Source: Zootoca vivipara
Lineage: Eukaryota
Direction of reading: 5' to 3'
Assembly: GCF_963506605.1 (NCBI RefSeq)
Contig: NC_083285.1
Span: 70,990,001-71,054,000, forward strand
Length of the DNA: 64,000 nt
Shown piece by piece: positions 24,690 to 36,086 of this stretch; within the stretch, counting starts at the first letter, position 1, and each line of letters opens with the position of its first letter. The translations under genes were made by a program, and so were the position numbers. The notes below the pieces were generated by a model. It did not search any database, had not been told where the DNA came from, and was given only the letters and a program-made list of their open reading frames with translations.

Positions 24690-27600
24690 ATGGGTTCCTT
24701 CATCTCCCTTGGAGTCTTCCTGAGAGCACAGATAGATGAGGAAGACTCAGCTGGCCCTGAAGGAGGAAGAGGCCATGCCGTCAGAACTGGGAGCAGTGGG
24801 GGATTCTGGGAAAACGCTGTGCAGAAGATCCTGGGTGAGGGGGACACTCTCCGCTCAGATGTGCAGAGCCAGCAGTTCCGGCAGTTCTGCTGCCAGGAGG
24901 CCAAAGGACCTCGAGAAGTTTGCAGCCGACTCTACAACCTTTGCCGGCAATGGCTGAAGCCAGAAAGGCACACGAAAGCTGAGATGCTGGACCTGGTGAT
25001 CTTGGAGCAGTTCCTGGCTGCCCTTCCACCGGAGATGGAGAGCTGGGTGAGGGAATGTGGAGCCGAGACCAGTTCCCAGGCGGTGGCCCTGGCCGAAGGT
25101 TTCCTCCTGAGTCAGGCAGAGGAGAGAAAGCAGGTGAGAGAGACTTTCCTCTGGCTCAGAACATGAGGGAGAGTCTCCCTAAATTTTCTACTAATGGCCC
25201 ATTCCTTTTTGGAAAGCACCCAAGGAATGAGATTGAATAACCCTCAGGTTTTCGCCTCTGCCATTGCTAATCTTTCTCCCCATTTTCTGTTTTGAATCCT
25301 TGTTGCTATTTCAGAGACAGGATCTGTTTGCAGAAATGGGTCTGGATTCCTTTAGGACTGAAAGGACTCTGTTGGACACCAGAGAGAAGCCGCTGGGTAA
25401 GGAGGAATAAGATTTTTCTCTGTTTGGTTACATTCTGTGGATTTCGAAACTGACACAAGGATTATTTTTATCTTTTGGGGGAATATGGTCCAAGAGCCCC
25501 CAAGGAGGGAAGATATATTTTTAACACAACTAAAATATGTTGTTATTGTTTAGTTGTTTAGTCGTGTCCGACTCTTCGTGACCCCATAGACCAGAGCACG
25601 CCAGGCACTCCTGTCTTCCACTGCCTCCCGCAGTTTGGTCAAACTCATGTTCGTAGCTTCGAGAACACTGTCCAACCATCTCGTCCTCTGACGTCCCCTT
25701 CTCCTAGTGCCCTCAATCTTTCCCAACATCAGGGTCTTTTCCAGGGAGTCTTCTCTTCTCATGAGGTGGCCAAAGTATTGGAGCCTCAGCTTCACGATCT
25801 GTCCTTCCAGTGAGCACTCAGGGCTGATTTCCTTCAGAATGGATAGGTTTGATCTTCTTGCAGTCCATGGGACTCTCAAGAGTCTCCTCCAGCACCATAA
25901 TTCAAAAGCATCAATTCTTCGGCGATCAGCCTTCTTTATGGTCCAGCTCTCACTTCCATACATCACTACTGGGAAAACCATAGCTTTAACTATACGGACC
26001 TTTGTCGGCGAGGTGATGTCTCTGCTTTTTAAGATGCTGTCTAGGTTTGTCATTGCTTTTCTCCCAAGAAGCAGGCGTCCTTTAATTTCGTGACTGCTGT
26101 CACCATCTGCAGTGATCAAGGAGCCCAAGAAAGTAAAATCTCTCACTGCCTCCATTTCTTCCCCTTCTATTTGCCAGGAGGTGATGGGACCAGTGGCCAT
26201 GATCTTGGTTTTTTTGATGTTGAGCTTCAGACCATATTTTGCGCTCTCCTCTTCACCCTCATTAAAAGGTTCTGTAATTCCTCCTCACTTTCTGCCATCA
26301 AGGTTGTGTCATCTGCATATCTGAGCTTGTTGATATTTCTTCCGGCAATCTTAATTCCGGCTTGGGATTCATCTAGTCCAGCCTTTCGCATGATGAATTC
26401 TGCATATAAGTTAAATAAGCAGGGAGACAAATATACAACCTTGTCGTACTCCTTTCCCAATTTAACTAAAATATGAAATGGGTGCAAATGTCATAATCCA
26501 TTCAGCAGGCAAGACTTTTTCAAAGGCCCATTTGTAGATATGTAGTGTTTCACCTCTGAGAAAAGCATCTACTCCTGGCTTCCCACTTACCTCTGTCTCT
26601 TGCAGGTGACAGGATTATGTCAGCAAGATCTCCTCTTCCATCTATTCATGGTGGTGAAGGAGAAGCAACGGCTGCGGAACCAGATGGGGTAGGGGAAAAG
26701 AGCATTGGGGGGAAGGAGGCAGAGGGGAGGGGCAGCCAGGGTCCCTCCAGACCCAAGGAACAAAGGCTGAAAATACTATTTTAGAAGACTTACTGTGTGC
26801 TGAGAATAAGGAACAGCCATCTCACCTTAACTCGCCTTCTGAATGTTGCTAATATGATTCACCAGTCGTTTGCAGTTTTATTTCTAGATTTACTGAATGC
26901 TAAGACAGGCGTCTGAGCAGTTTACACACCATACAAAAGTGTGTGGGAATGTTCAGGGTGGCAGGAGAGTATATATTGTTTATTCATATCCTTCCTAACT
27001 TGCGCTAGCAAGCAGAGTGCATTCCCTCTTTACACAGCAGAAAATTAGTTGCAAACCCGTGTGAGTTTCTTAAGACAATACGCAATTTAATCTGGCTTGT
27101 CCAGATTGAAATGTGTTCTAATATTTTCCTGGTAAGACCCCTTGAATCCCTCCTAAAAGAATAAAGACACCACAGTCTTATTCATAAGCAATAAAAAGAA
27201 AGTTTACTGACAATCAGGCAGAGCACAGTGTGATCCCTGAAGGCAGGCTTAAGGCTGAAAGTTGCAAATGTATAAAAACAGGTTTACCTCGTAAGGGAGA
27301 TGACCTGGGGGACTGCTTGGCTGGCAGCCAGCAGGTCAGTCCAGGAAGTTTGCAGGATGAAAGGAAGATGAAAAAGAGAGAGAGTGGCTGCATGACTTGG
27401 CCTTTTACCAGGTCTGGAAAAGTCACACTCACCCACTAGTCACATGCAAAAGGAAGGATGCTCCAGGCCAGGAGGAACAGGAAGTTCAACTGACTGGACC
27501 AAACATCCCCAACATCCCCTTGCATGTCCACTCTAGGAAAACAAGGAATGTTGTACTTGACTGCTCCCGGTGGATTACATCCCACAAAGTGGCCAGGATT

Positions 27601-30530
27601 CAGCTAACCAGCCCCAAGAGTTACGGAATGGGGCTTTCTCCCCAATCTCCTCCCCCTTCCTGTGCCCCCATGTTTCTCTTAAAGTTGACTTCAGGGTATC
27701 AGGTTCTTCCAAAACAGCACACAGGGAAAGGAGAGCAGGAATCCTTCCGTCTGGTAAGCGGGAATGCTGGCGCAGACAGAGTGATTTCAGGAACACATTG
27801 TGGAGTCCTCCCATTTATGTCCAGCATTAAAATGCACAATAAAAGAATTCCATTAAGATGTTTAAAGAAACACTCACAATTAAAATGTGCAGCAAAACGA
27901 TCCCATTAAAACAACACAGCAGAAAGCAACAGAGCAATGTATAGTAGATCATCTTCATTCTGACTGAGAGGAGGGCCTTTCTCTTTCTCTCTTAGGGTCC
28001 CGTGTGCTTTGAAGATGTCACTGTTCATTTCACAGACGAGGAGTGGGCGTTGCTGGATCTTGACCAGAGAGCTCTGCATAAGGAAGTCATGGAGGAGAAT
28101 CGTGGGATCGTGGCCTCTCTCAGTAAGGCTCCTTTGTGGATGATAATCTCTGTTTGGAAATTCCACACATATCTCTCTGTGATAAGCTTCCCTGATTTTG
28201 ATGGAACTCAACAGGGCCACTTGCAGCATCTGGGGTGCAATGCTAACACCTCCACAACTCACCTTCCATGGGGGGCTATTGCTTATTTTGTCTGTTAATA
28301 TCGTTCCTCCTGTTGTTTCCTGTTATTTCCTTTTAGACACTTATCAGGCTGGTCTGAACTGCTTTTTTTCTTTTCTTTTTAAAAATATATTTATTAAAGA
28401 TTTTCCACACATGCAAAAATACAAAACACAATAAACGTATACAAAAAATACATAATACAAAAAACCCAAAAACACACAAAAAGAAAAAATTGCAAAAACT
28501 AAAACTTCTTATTTATAAACCTTATTTCTAATCTAGTGACTTCCTCTCCCTCCTCCTGCTGCGCTTCGTTACATTTCATATTTAGTAAATTCTAAATCTA
28601 GTACAAATTCTAAATTATCATCCATATTACCATATTATAATTATTATTTCTTATCTTTTAAACACTCAGTCTATATCTTTCATCTTAATTCTAATATCCC
28701 AATCTTCTAAAACTACTTATTTTCAAACCCTTATATAGTCTACAACATCCTTATGTCTCCCTCACTACCATTAAATCAATCTATTACATGCTTATTTTTC
28801 AAATAATTTCTAAATTTCTTCCAATCTTCTTCCGCTGCTTCTTCGCTCTGGTCCCGAAGTCTCCCCGTCAACTCAGACAGTTCCATAAATTCTATCAATT
28901 TCTTCTGCCATTCATCCACAGTTGGTAATTCTTCATTCTTCCAATTCTTTGCCAATAGGATTCTTGCAGCTGTTGTGGCATACAAAAAGAAAACAACATA
29001 TTTCTTGGGGATGTCATCCCCTGTTATCCCAAGTAGAAAGGCCTCTGGTTTCTTAACAAAGGTGCTTTTCAGCACTTTTTTCAATTCATTATAAATCCTT
29101 TCCCAGAAGTCTCTCACTTGGGGACATGAACTCCTTTTTTCTTCTTTGCTTCTGTCTGTTTTTGATTGACTAAAGAGATGACAGCTATTGGAGGTGGAGC
29201 AGATTCCATGATTGGGCTAATCAATACCTATCCCAGGAGAGAGACAGGCTATTTGAATCTCAGGTTCTCATAGGTATTTCTGTTAATGCTAGTAATCAAA
29301 GGCTGTGAACCCTGGAATAAGATTTCCCATCTAAGTCCCTGTATCACAAGTGTTAATGAGTATTGCTCCATAATTGGGAACTCCCATTTCTTCCTGAGAC
29401 TCTAATCCATCTTTTTCTTCATTTCAGGTGGTGATGAATGGGAAATTAAGAAGGGAGACCATGACATAATTCACACACTGGAGAAGCCGTATCAATATTT
29501 GGAGCATGGAGAGAGCTTCAGCCAGAGCTCCCGTTCCTCTTCCCATCAAAGAAATCCCATTGGGAACAAACCTTATCAGTGCTTGGAATGTGGAAAGAGC
29601 TTCAGTCGGAGGGAAAGTCTCACTTCCCATCAGAGACTTCATACGGGAGAAAAACCTTATCACTGCTTGGAATGTGGAAAGAGATTCATTCGGAAGAGAA
29701 GTCTCAGTTCTCATCAAACCATTCATACAGGAAAGAAACCCTATCAGTGCTTGGAATGTGGGAAGTGTTTTAATATACACACAAACGTCCGTCGACATCA
29801 GATAATTCACAGTGGGGAGAAACCGTATCAGTGCTTGGAATGTGGAAAGAGCTTTAATAAGAGCTCCAATCTCACTTCCCATCAAAGTATTCATACAGGA
29901 GAGAAACCTTACAAGTGCTTGGAATGCGGAAAGAGCTTTGGTCGGAACTCCCATCTCACTTCCCATCAAAGAATTCATAGAGAGGAGAAACCCTATCAGT
30001 GCTTGGAATGTGGAAAGAGCTTCCCTTGGAAGGAAAGTCTCACGTACCATCAAAGAATTCATACAGGGGAGAAACCCTACCAGTGTATGGAATGTGGGAA
30101 GACCTTTACTACAAGTGCAAACATCCGTCGACATCAAAGTATTCACAGTGGAGAGAAACCATTTCAGTGCCAAGAGTGTGGAAAGGGCTTTAGTAGGAAG
30201 GAAAGTCTCGCTTCCCATCAAAGCATTCATTCAGGGCAGAAACCCTACCAGTGCTTGGAATGCGGAAAGAGCTTCAGTCGGAACTCCCATCTCACTTCCC
30301 ATCAAAGCATTCATACAGGGGAGAAACCATATCAGTGCCTGGAATGTGGAAACAGCTTCAGCAGGAGAGGCAATCTCGCTACCCATCAAAAAATTCACAG
30401 CAGGGAGAATAATAGAATTATAGAATTGCTGAGTTCAAAGGGACCCCATGAGTCATCTAGTCCAACCCCTTGCAATGCAGGAATCTCAGCTAAAGCATCC
30501 CTGACAGACGACCAGACGACCTCTGCTTAA
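24690..30530 (+). CDS. SCAN-KRAB-C2H2 zinc-finger protein (ZKSCAN-type), 10 intact fingers, 612 aa
   Basis: Exons 24690-25133 (SCAN: [37 protein letters not shown]), 25315-25396, 26606-26688, 27996-28122 (KRAB-A: [19 protein letters not shown]), 29428-30530 (fingers). All introns GT-AG, phases 0,1,0,1 consistent, total 1839 nt. Confidence 0.9.
25540..26462 (-). mobile_element. BovB (RTE) LINE 3' fragment in ZNF intron 2
   Basis: [17 protein letters not shown] and ORF 25550..26200 ([42 protein letters not shown]). Confidence 0.95.
26942..27586 (-). mobile_element. Solo LTR, 645 bp
   Basis: TGTGGG...CCCACA termini; 5-bp TSD AAGTG (26937-26941 / 27587-27591). Confidence 0.88.
28365..29127 (-). 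mobile_element. L1 3' fragment in ZNF intron 4
   Basis: ORF 28776..29117 ([16 protein letters not shown]...[15 protein letters not shown]) plus 3'UTR. Confidence 0.88.
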
Positions 30531-30600
30531 GAACCTCCAAGGAAGGAGAGTCCACCACCTCCTGAGGGAGTCTGTTCCTCTGTCAAAGAGCTCTTGCCTA
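30408..30600 (-). mobile_element. CR1-derived 3' fragment overlapping the ZNF C-terminus and stop
   Basis: Degenerate ATAGAAT tail followed by ...TCTAGTCCAACCCC...CTCTGCTTAAGAACCTCCAAGGAAGGAGAGTCCACCAC, homologous to 3750-3900. Confidence 0.75.
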
Positions 30601-31348
30601 GTGCAGAATTTCAGTCCATGTGTTGAGTGGTACTCTGAGGTCCAAGCACAGTAGCGGGTGGATGGTAGCAGGTCAACGCTTTATTGAACAGGGGCTACCC
30701 GGCTTAAGGCAGGCAGTAGCTGACCAGTGAGGCACTGAAATCTATCCCACCAACAAAGGCAACCTGTAGCTCTCGTATCTTATGCCAGTCAGGTTGAGCT
30801 TTTTTTGTTACCAATGGTAACAGGTTTTCAGGTGGAAGATACCAATGAAGCACTTTCTGATATTACACAGTACAGAAGTGTTCTAGGCAAACTAAACTTC
30901 ATTGCCAGATGTTCAAGACCCGATATTGCAGTCAGCACTAATCTACTTAGCAGACACCCTTACAATCCTACAGTTAAGGATTGGAAAGCACTGAAGCGCA
31001 TAGCACGTTACCTGAAAGGTACTATGCACTACAGACTAAGATACATTGATCAAAAGTCTGGAGGTCTTGAAATATTTGCAGATGCAGGTTTTGGAAGTGA
31101 CACCACAGATGGTAAACGCACATCTGGAGTTTGCTACATGTACAACCAGAGTCTGTTTGACTGGTCGTGCAAGAAGCAAACAGTGAGCCTAAGTTATTGT
31201 GAAGCTGAACTCAATGCTCTGTCATATTCACTTATGGATTGCGAATGGTTGTTGCAATTGTGTAAAGACATGAGAATTCATGTAGAGTGTCCTATACAGG
31301 TTTATCAGGACAACAAAGCATGTTTGGCTTTGCTAACTTCTGAAGAGA

Positions 31349-31568
31349 AGAAGAAGAAGAGTTTGGATTTGATATCCCGCTTTATCACTACCCGAAGGAG
31401 TCTCAAAGCGGCTAACAATCTCCTTTCCCCTCCTCCCCCACAACAGACACCCTGTGAGGTGGGTGGGGCTGAGAGACTTCAGAGAAGTGTGACTAGCCCA
31501 AGGTCACCCAGCAGCTGCATGTGCAGGAGCGGAGTCTACCGCTCTTAACCACTACACCACACTGGCTC
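31349..31568 (-). mobile_element. tRNA-derived squamate SINE
   Basis: Minus strand starts GAGCCAGTGTGGTGTAGTGGTTAAGAG (A-box); (TTC)n tail; imperfect TSD CTTCTGA(A)GAG. Confidence 0.8.
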
Positions 31569-31739
31569 TTCTGAGAGTTGTAAGCAAAGAACAAAGCACT
31601 TGCAGTTAAAATTACGACACACAAGGACTTCCAGTCTACCGCCAGTGCTGATCGGTGAGGAATCCGCAAGCTCCGAGGTTCCTGGCGCTGTGAGGGTGGG
31701 GTGGGGGAGCCGCAAGAGCAATGCGGCCCCCCAGAAGAA

Positions 31740-34700
31740 CCCCAAATCATTACCTGGCATGTAGAACACTTGACCTGGTCCCTTCCTAATACACTCTCTT
31801 GCATGACGTAACCTCATCTGCAAGAACCTGGACCTTTGCTTGCAACCCTCTGAAGCTAGCAAATCCAAACAGGAAATGTTGTCCTGATACACCTGTACTG
31901 GACAAGTCACCTTGACTTTGACATCCTGAAACAGTTGCATCAACCACTCGCAATCTGTGAGCGAGAATGAGAGAGTGTTGAGTTCCGCTGCATAGGAACT
32001 CAGACTCACTATTGTTTGCTCCTTGCACATCCAGCCAACCAGACAGTGGTTGTACAAGTAGCAAACGCCAGAAGAGCTTGTGCCACCTGTGGCATCACCT
32101 CCGAAACTTGCATCTGCAAAAATCTCAAGACCTCCAGTCTTTTGACCTGTCAACTTCAGCCTGTAGTGTATAGTGCTTCGAAGATAGCAACCTATGCGCT
32201 GCAGATCTTGCCAATCCTTAACAGTAGGATTGTTTGCATGCCTGCCAAGCAAATCACAGCTTGCAGCAATGTCAGGTCTTGAACATTTTGCAATGAAGCA
32301 TAGCTTGCCTAGAACACATCTATACAAAGTGGTGTCAGAAAATGCTTCTGCGTTATCATCTCCCTGATAACCTGGCACCATAGGTGTGTCTACAGGATTT
32401 CCATCATCCAAATCCATCCTGTTCAACACCTCTGTAATTTCCTGGGTCTGGTGCACCAGAAAACTACCTTCTTTGTCTTTCTCAACTTCCAGAGAAAGAT
32501 GGTTGGAAACTTCACCAAGATCCACCATGGTGTAGTGTTCCTGCAACTTAGCAAGTGTACGCTGGTACAAATCCCTGTGTTTCCAGAAGATAAGCATTTC
32601 AGCATCATAACAAAAGCAATACAGTTTGTGCTCCCCCTCTTCCTTGACAAACACACATGAATCAGCAATAATTTGGTGAAAACCTAGAGAAAGCAACATC
32701 TCTGTTAGTGTTGTATCCCAACACCTGGCACTCTTCTTGAGACCAAACAGGGATTTCTTCAACTTGCAGACCATCCCTTGTGGTACGTGCATTCCTGCAG
32801 GTGGAAGTAAAAACAGATCCTCCTGCAAAATCCCAGTCAAAACATTTGCATCATTAGCATCCAATACAATATGTGATACATGCATTTTCTCCTCCGAAGC
32901 AATCTTGAGCAAAAGCTTTAAGCATTCATACTTCACATCGGGTGCAATAGTCTCAATGTTGTTTTCACCTTGAACCTGTGAAAAACCTGTTGCGACCAGT
33001 TTGGCTGTGTGCCTCACTACCTTGCCATGTTGGTCAGTTTCGGCCTTAAAGACCCACCTGCTGTTTACCAGCTTCATTCCTGGGACCATTTTGACCAGTT
33101 CCCAGGTCGGATTCCTATCTAAGGAATCAATCTCTGTTTTCATGGCAGTTAGCCATGGTTGAGCATCTTTTGAGGTCATTTCCTGAACCTCCTTGAAGCT
33201 TGCAGGTTCAAAAACCTTTTCTGAGCTACTAAGAACAGCATCAGCAGTTTTAGCAAACTCATCAGCAAATCTCTCAGGCTGTTTGCCTGTTGTGGCCCCT
33301 TCAGATTTGCAAACACTCATTTCCTCTTTCTCTGGAGAAAAATGACCAATGGTGAGCAGTGGTTCTCCCAATTCAGTGTCGGACTCAACTGCAGGTCTGA
33401 GTGAGGTTTCAACACCTTCGTAGCCTGCTGTATCACCAGCCACAGCAGTACCACTACCTCCCACTGAATTAGAACCACCCTGATCATCATCACCTGGATG
33501 AATTACATCCTCACTTGGGTGAATCACATCATTTGCATGAACCAGGAAAATTCCCCCACCTTCCTCCCACTTGGGATTGGTAGCACCACCTAGGTGAACC
33601 AGGGAAATTTCCTCCTTTACCACCCCCTTGGGATTGACATCACCATCTGGGTGAACCATGGAAATACCTTCCTTTTGCATCTTCTCTGGATTGGCACTGT
33701 GCAACAAGGGTGTAAGTCCCTGCTGCATTGATTTTCAAGAATTCCCAGCTCCCTCACACAAACCACCCTCCCAAGAACTGTTGGGACGTGAGAGATCCTT
33801 TTGAATTCGCTTCTCATCCAGGAAAGCATCTAGCTCCTGAGAAGTGAATTCACCTTTACTGGGACAGGAGCATTTCACTCCAATGGGATCGGCACTATCA
33901 TCACTCCTGATGTACCCCCCCCCCCTCACACTCCGAGGGATTCAGTTGACCATCTTGGTCATTTGCAACTTCATCCACTGAAAGTGTCATTTGATCAGCT
34001 AGATCAATATGAATCACTTCACAGGGTGTGGAAGTCTGTCTGCTAGAAAGCTTCCCATCATCATAGCTGCCAAGTTATCCCCTTTTTTAAGGGATTTTCC
34101 CTTATGCTGAATAGGCTTCCTCGCGAGAAAAGGGAAAACTTGGCAGCTATGCCCATCATCAGCAATTACATCATTGCAATCAGCAAAAGAATCACAGGGT
34201 TGAACCTTTAAACCCTCTCCATGCTCCTCCTTGGACACCTCCTGCAAACCCAGGTGACCATTGGTGTGATCAAAACCACCTGTAAGAAGAAGCTGATTAG
34301 TGTTAGCATCACAGGCAACTTCAGGCATATCAACCACATTTTCATCAACATAATCAAAAGTAAACACATATTGATTATCAACTCTTGGAGCATTCAGAAA
34401 TTCCTCATCGCCTTTCTTGATGAGACAGCTTCCATTTTCGAAAGAAACTCCATACCCTTCTTCAGACATCTGTGAAATGGAAAGCAAATTAATTTGTGCA
34501 TCTTGCACATACAAAACATCACATAGTGTCAAGTTCAGTCCTCCTATGTGAACATCTCCAGCTCCCTGCACATTTAAAAGTCCTTCACTAGACTTCACGA
34601 AACCATTCTGTGAAGAAAAGCAAGTAAACAAACGTCTGTCACTGCAAACGTGCTTCTGAATTGTGGAACTGACAAAAAACTTGCATTGAACTTTTCGTGC

Positions 34701-36086
34701 CAGCAAAGTCCCGTTTTGCTGCTGTGTGGGCTTCTGCTCCTGGCCGCCCCCCTTCTCCTTGCCTTGTGACACTGTTGTGGGCTGCAATTCTCCCCCCTTC
34801 GGCTGGGTCTTGTCAACAAGCTTCACTTTTGTGGGCATCTCCTTGCCCCTCCTTCGCGACAAAGCTGCACCTGCAGGCTTGTGTTTACATCTCAGCTTCT
34901 GGAAAGACTTTGAAGACTGACCTTGGTTCCCACGGGACTGCACGGCTGTGTGGGATGATGACGCCATCTCCCCCTGAGATCTGCAACTGGCGCCCTCAGC
35001 CATTTCCATTGAAGCATTCTGTGCAGCCACTTGTTCCAGGTCTGACGCGACAGCCAGCTCCTGCTGCAATTCCTAAGTGGCGCCCTCAGCTCTTGCATTC
35101 ACTGGAGACTGCACCCCCACCAGGTCTGACATCACAGCCAGCTCTTCCTGTGGTTTGCAACCGGGTGCCCCAGCACTCCAGCAATCATTTGGGGAATCGC
35201 CATCACAGCTTCCTCCCCCTCCAAGAGCTAGCTTCAATGTTTCCCACATCTTGCAAGCCGAATTGCATGCACCGACGTAAATCAATTGTCCCGGACACAA
35301 ACTTAGGATAATCATTCCTCTAGTGAAAGAATCATCTTCCCTCCAGCTGGTAAGGTCTGGGGAATTAGCCCTCCCCCTCTTTGCGGCAATTGTGTACCAC
35401 ACTCCTGCATCCTGCAGCCTCTTCTGTATACACTTTGCCCATTTCTGATAATTTTCTCCTTGAAGGAAAATTATCTGTTCAGAGCTGTGCAAAAACTCCA
35501 TTTTCCCTGGGAAACTGGGAAAATGCTGCAGCTCTTCTCACTGTCCACTGTCCTCACAGTCATTAATCACTGTGAAAGTATTACTGCCCGCCATAAAACT
35601 TCAGGCTGCGCAGATCAAAGTCTCTTGCCGCGGCAAGTAAAAAGCCTTTCGCTTTTCCACATACCTCCTCTCCTCTTTGTCCGACGTTATCCAGCATCCT
35701 GTAGCTGCATTCTGAACACGCTGCTGCCTTTCTGCTGCCTGGGTCAGAACACCAGCCAGTTCTGCAACCTTCTAGGCAATTAGCCATTCCATTACTGGGC
35801 CCATAACCCTTTGTTGGCAAAACCGCAGAAGACCTGGGCCACCAAGCCCAGGGCAAGCCTCTGCTGGGTGTCTTCTCTCCTGCGGTAGCCAGCTGTAACA
35901 CGATCCAGGCTCCTTGGAGTCTGGACACATTATCTTCAGAGTTCATCTCCAGCGTTAGCGTGGTTTGGCAGCAGCAAGCAGCATCAGAGAAAAGTCAGAG
36001 AAGTTCTTGCATATATACAAGCGTTTATTCTAAAGCATCTCGGAAGCAAGACCAAACGTGTCTGTCTCCATCAATAAATCCTAACA
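31740..36086 (-). mobile_element. Ty1/Copia element B: 5' LTR, PBS, degenerate gag-pol, 3' end missing
   Basis: LTR 35812-36086 (TGTTAGG...CCAACA, contains AATAAA); Copia-type PBS GGTTATGGGCCCAG 35795-35808; gag N-terminus (ENYQKW...MWETLK); RT (TWELV, SRWVFK, AKLVATGFSQ, KLKKSLFGLKKSARCW); RNase H (IFADASFGG, YQDNISC). Confidence 0.9.
34062..34151. mobile_element. 90-bp hAT-type MITE inserted in the Copia B ORF
   Basis: Reverse complement of 2292-2381 with few differences; 8-bp TSD CCCATCAT (34054-34061 / 34152-34159). Confidence 0.93.

Noticed and set aside
30621-30754. TGTTG...CAACA segment as the 5' LTR of Copia A
   Set aside because: No similarity to the 3' LTR at 36880-37234, no PBS, no TSD; left unassigned.
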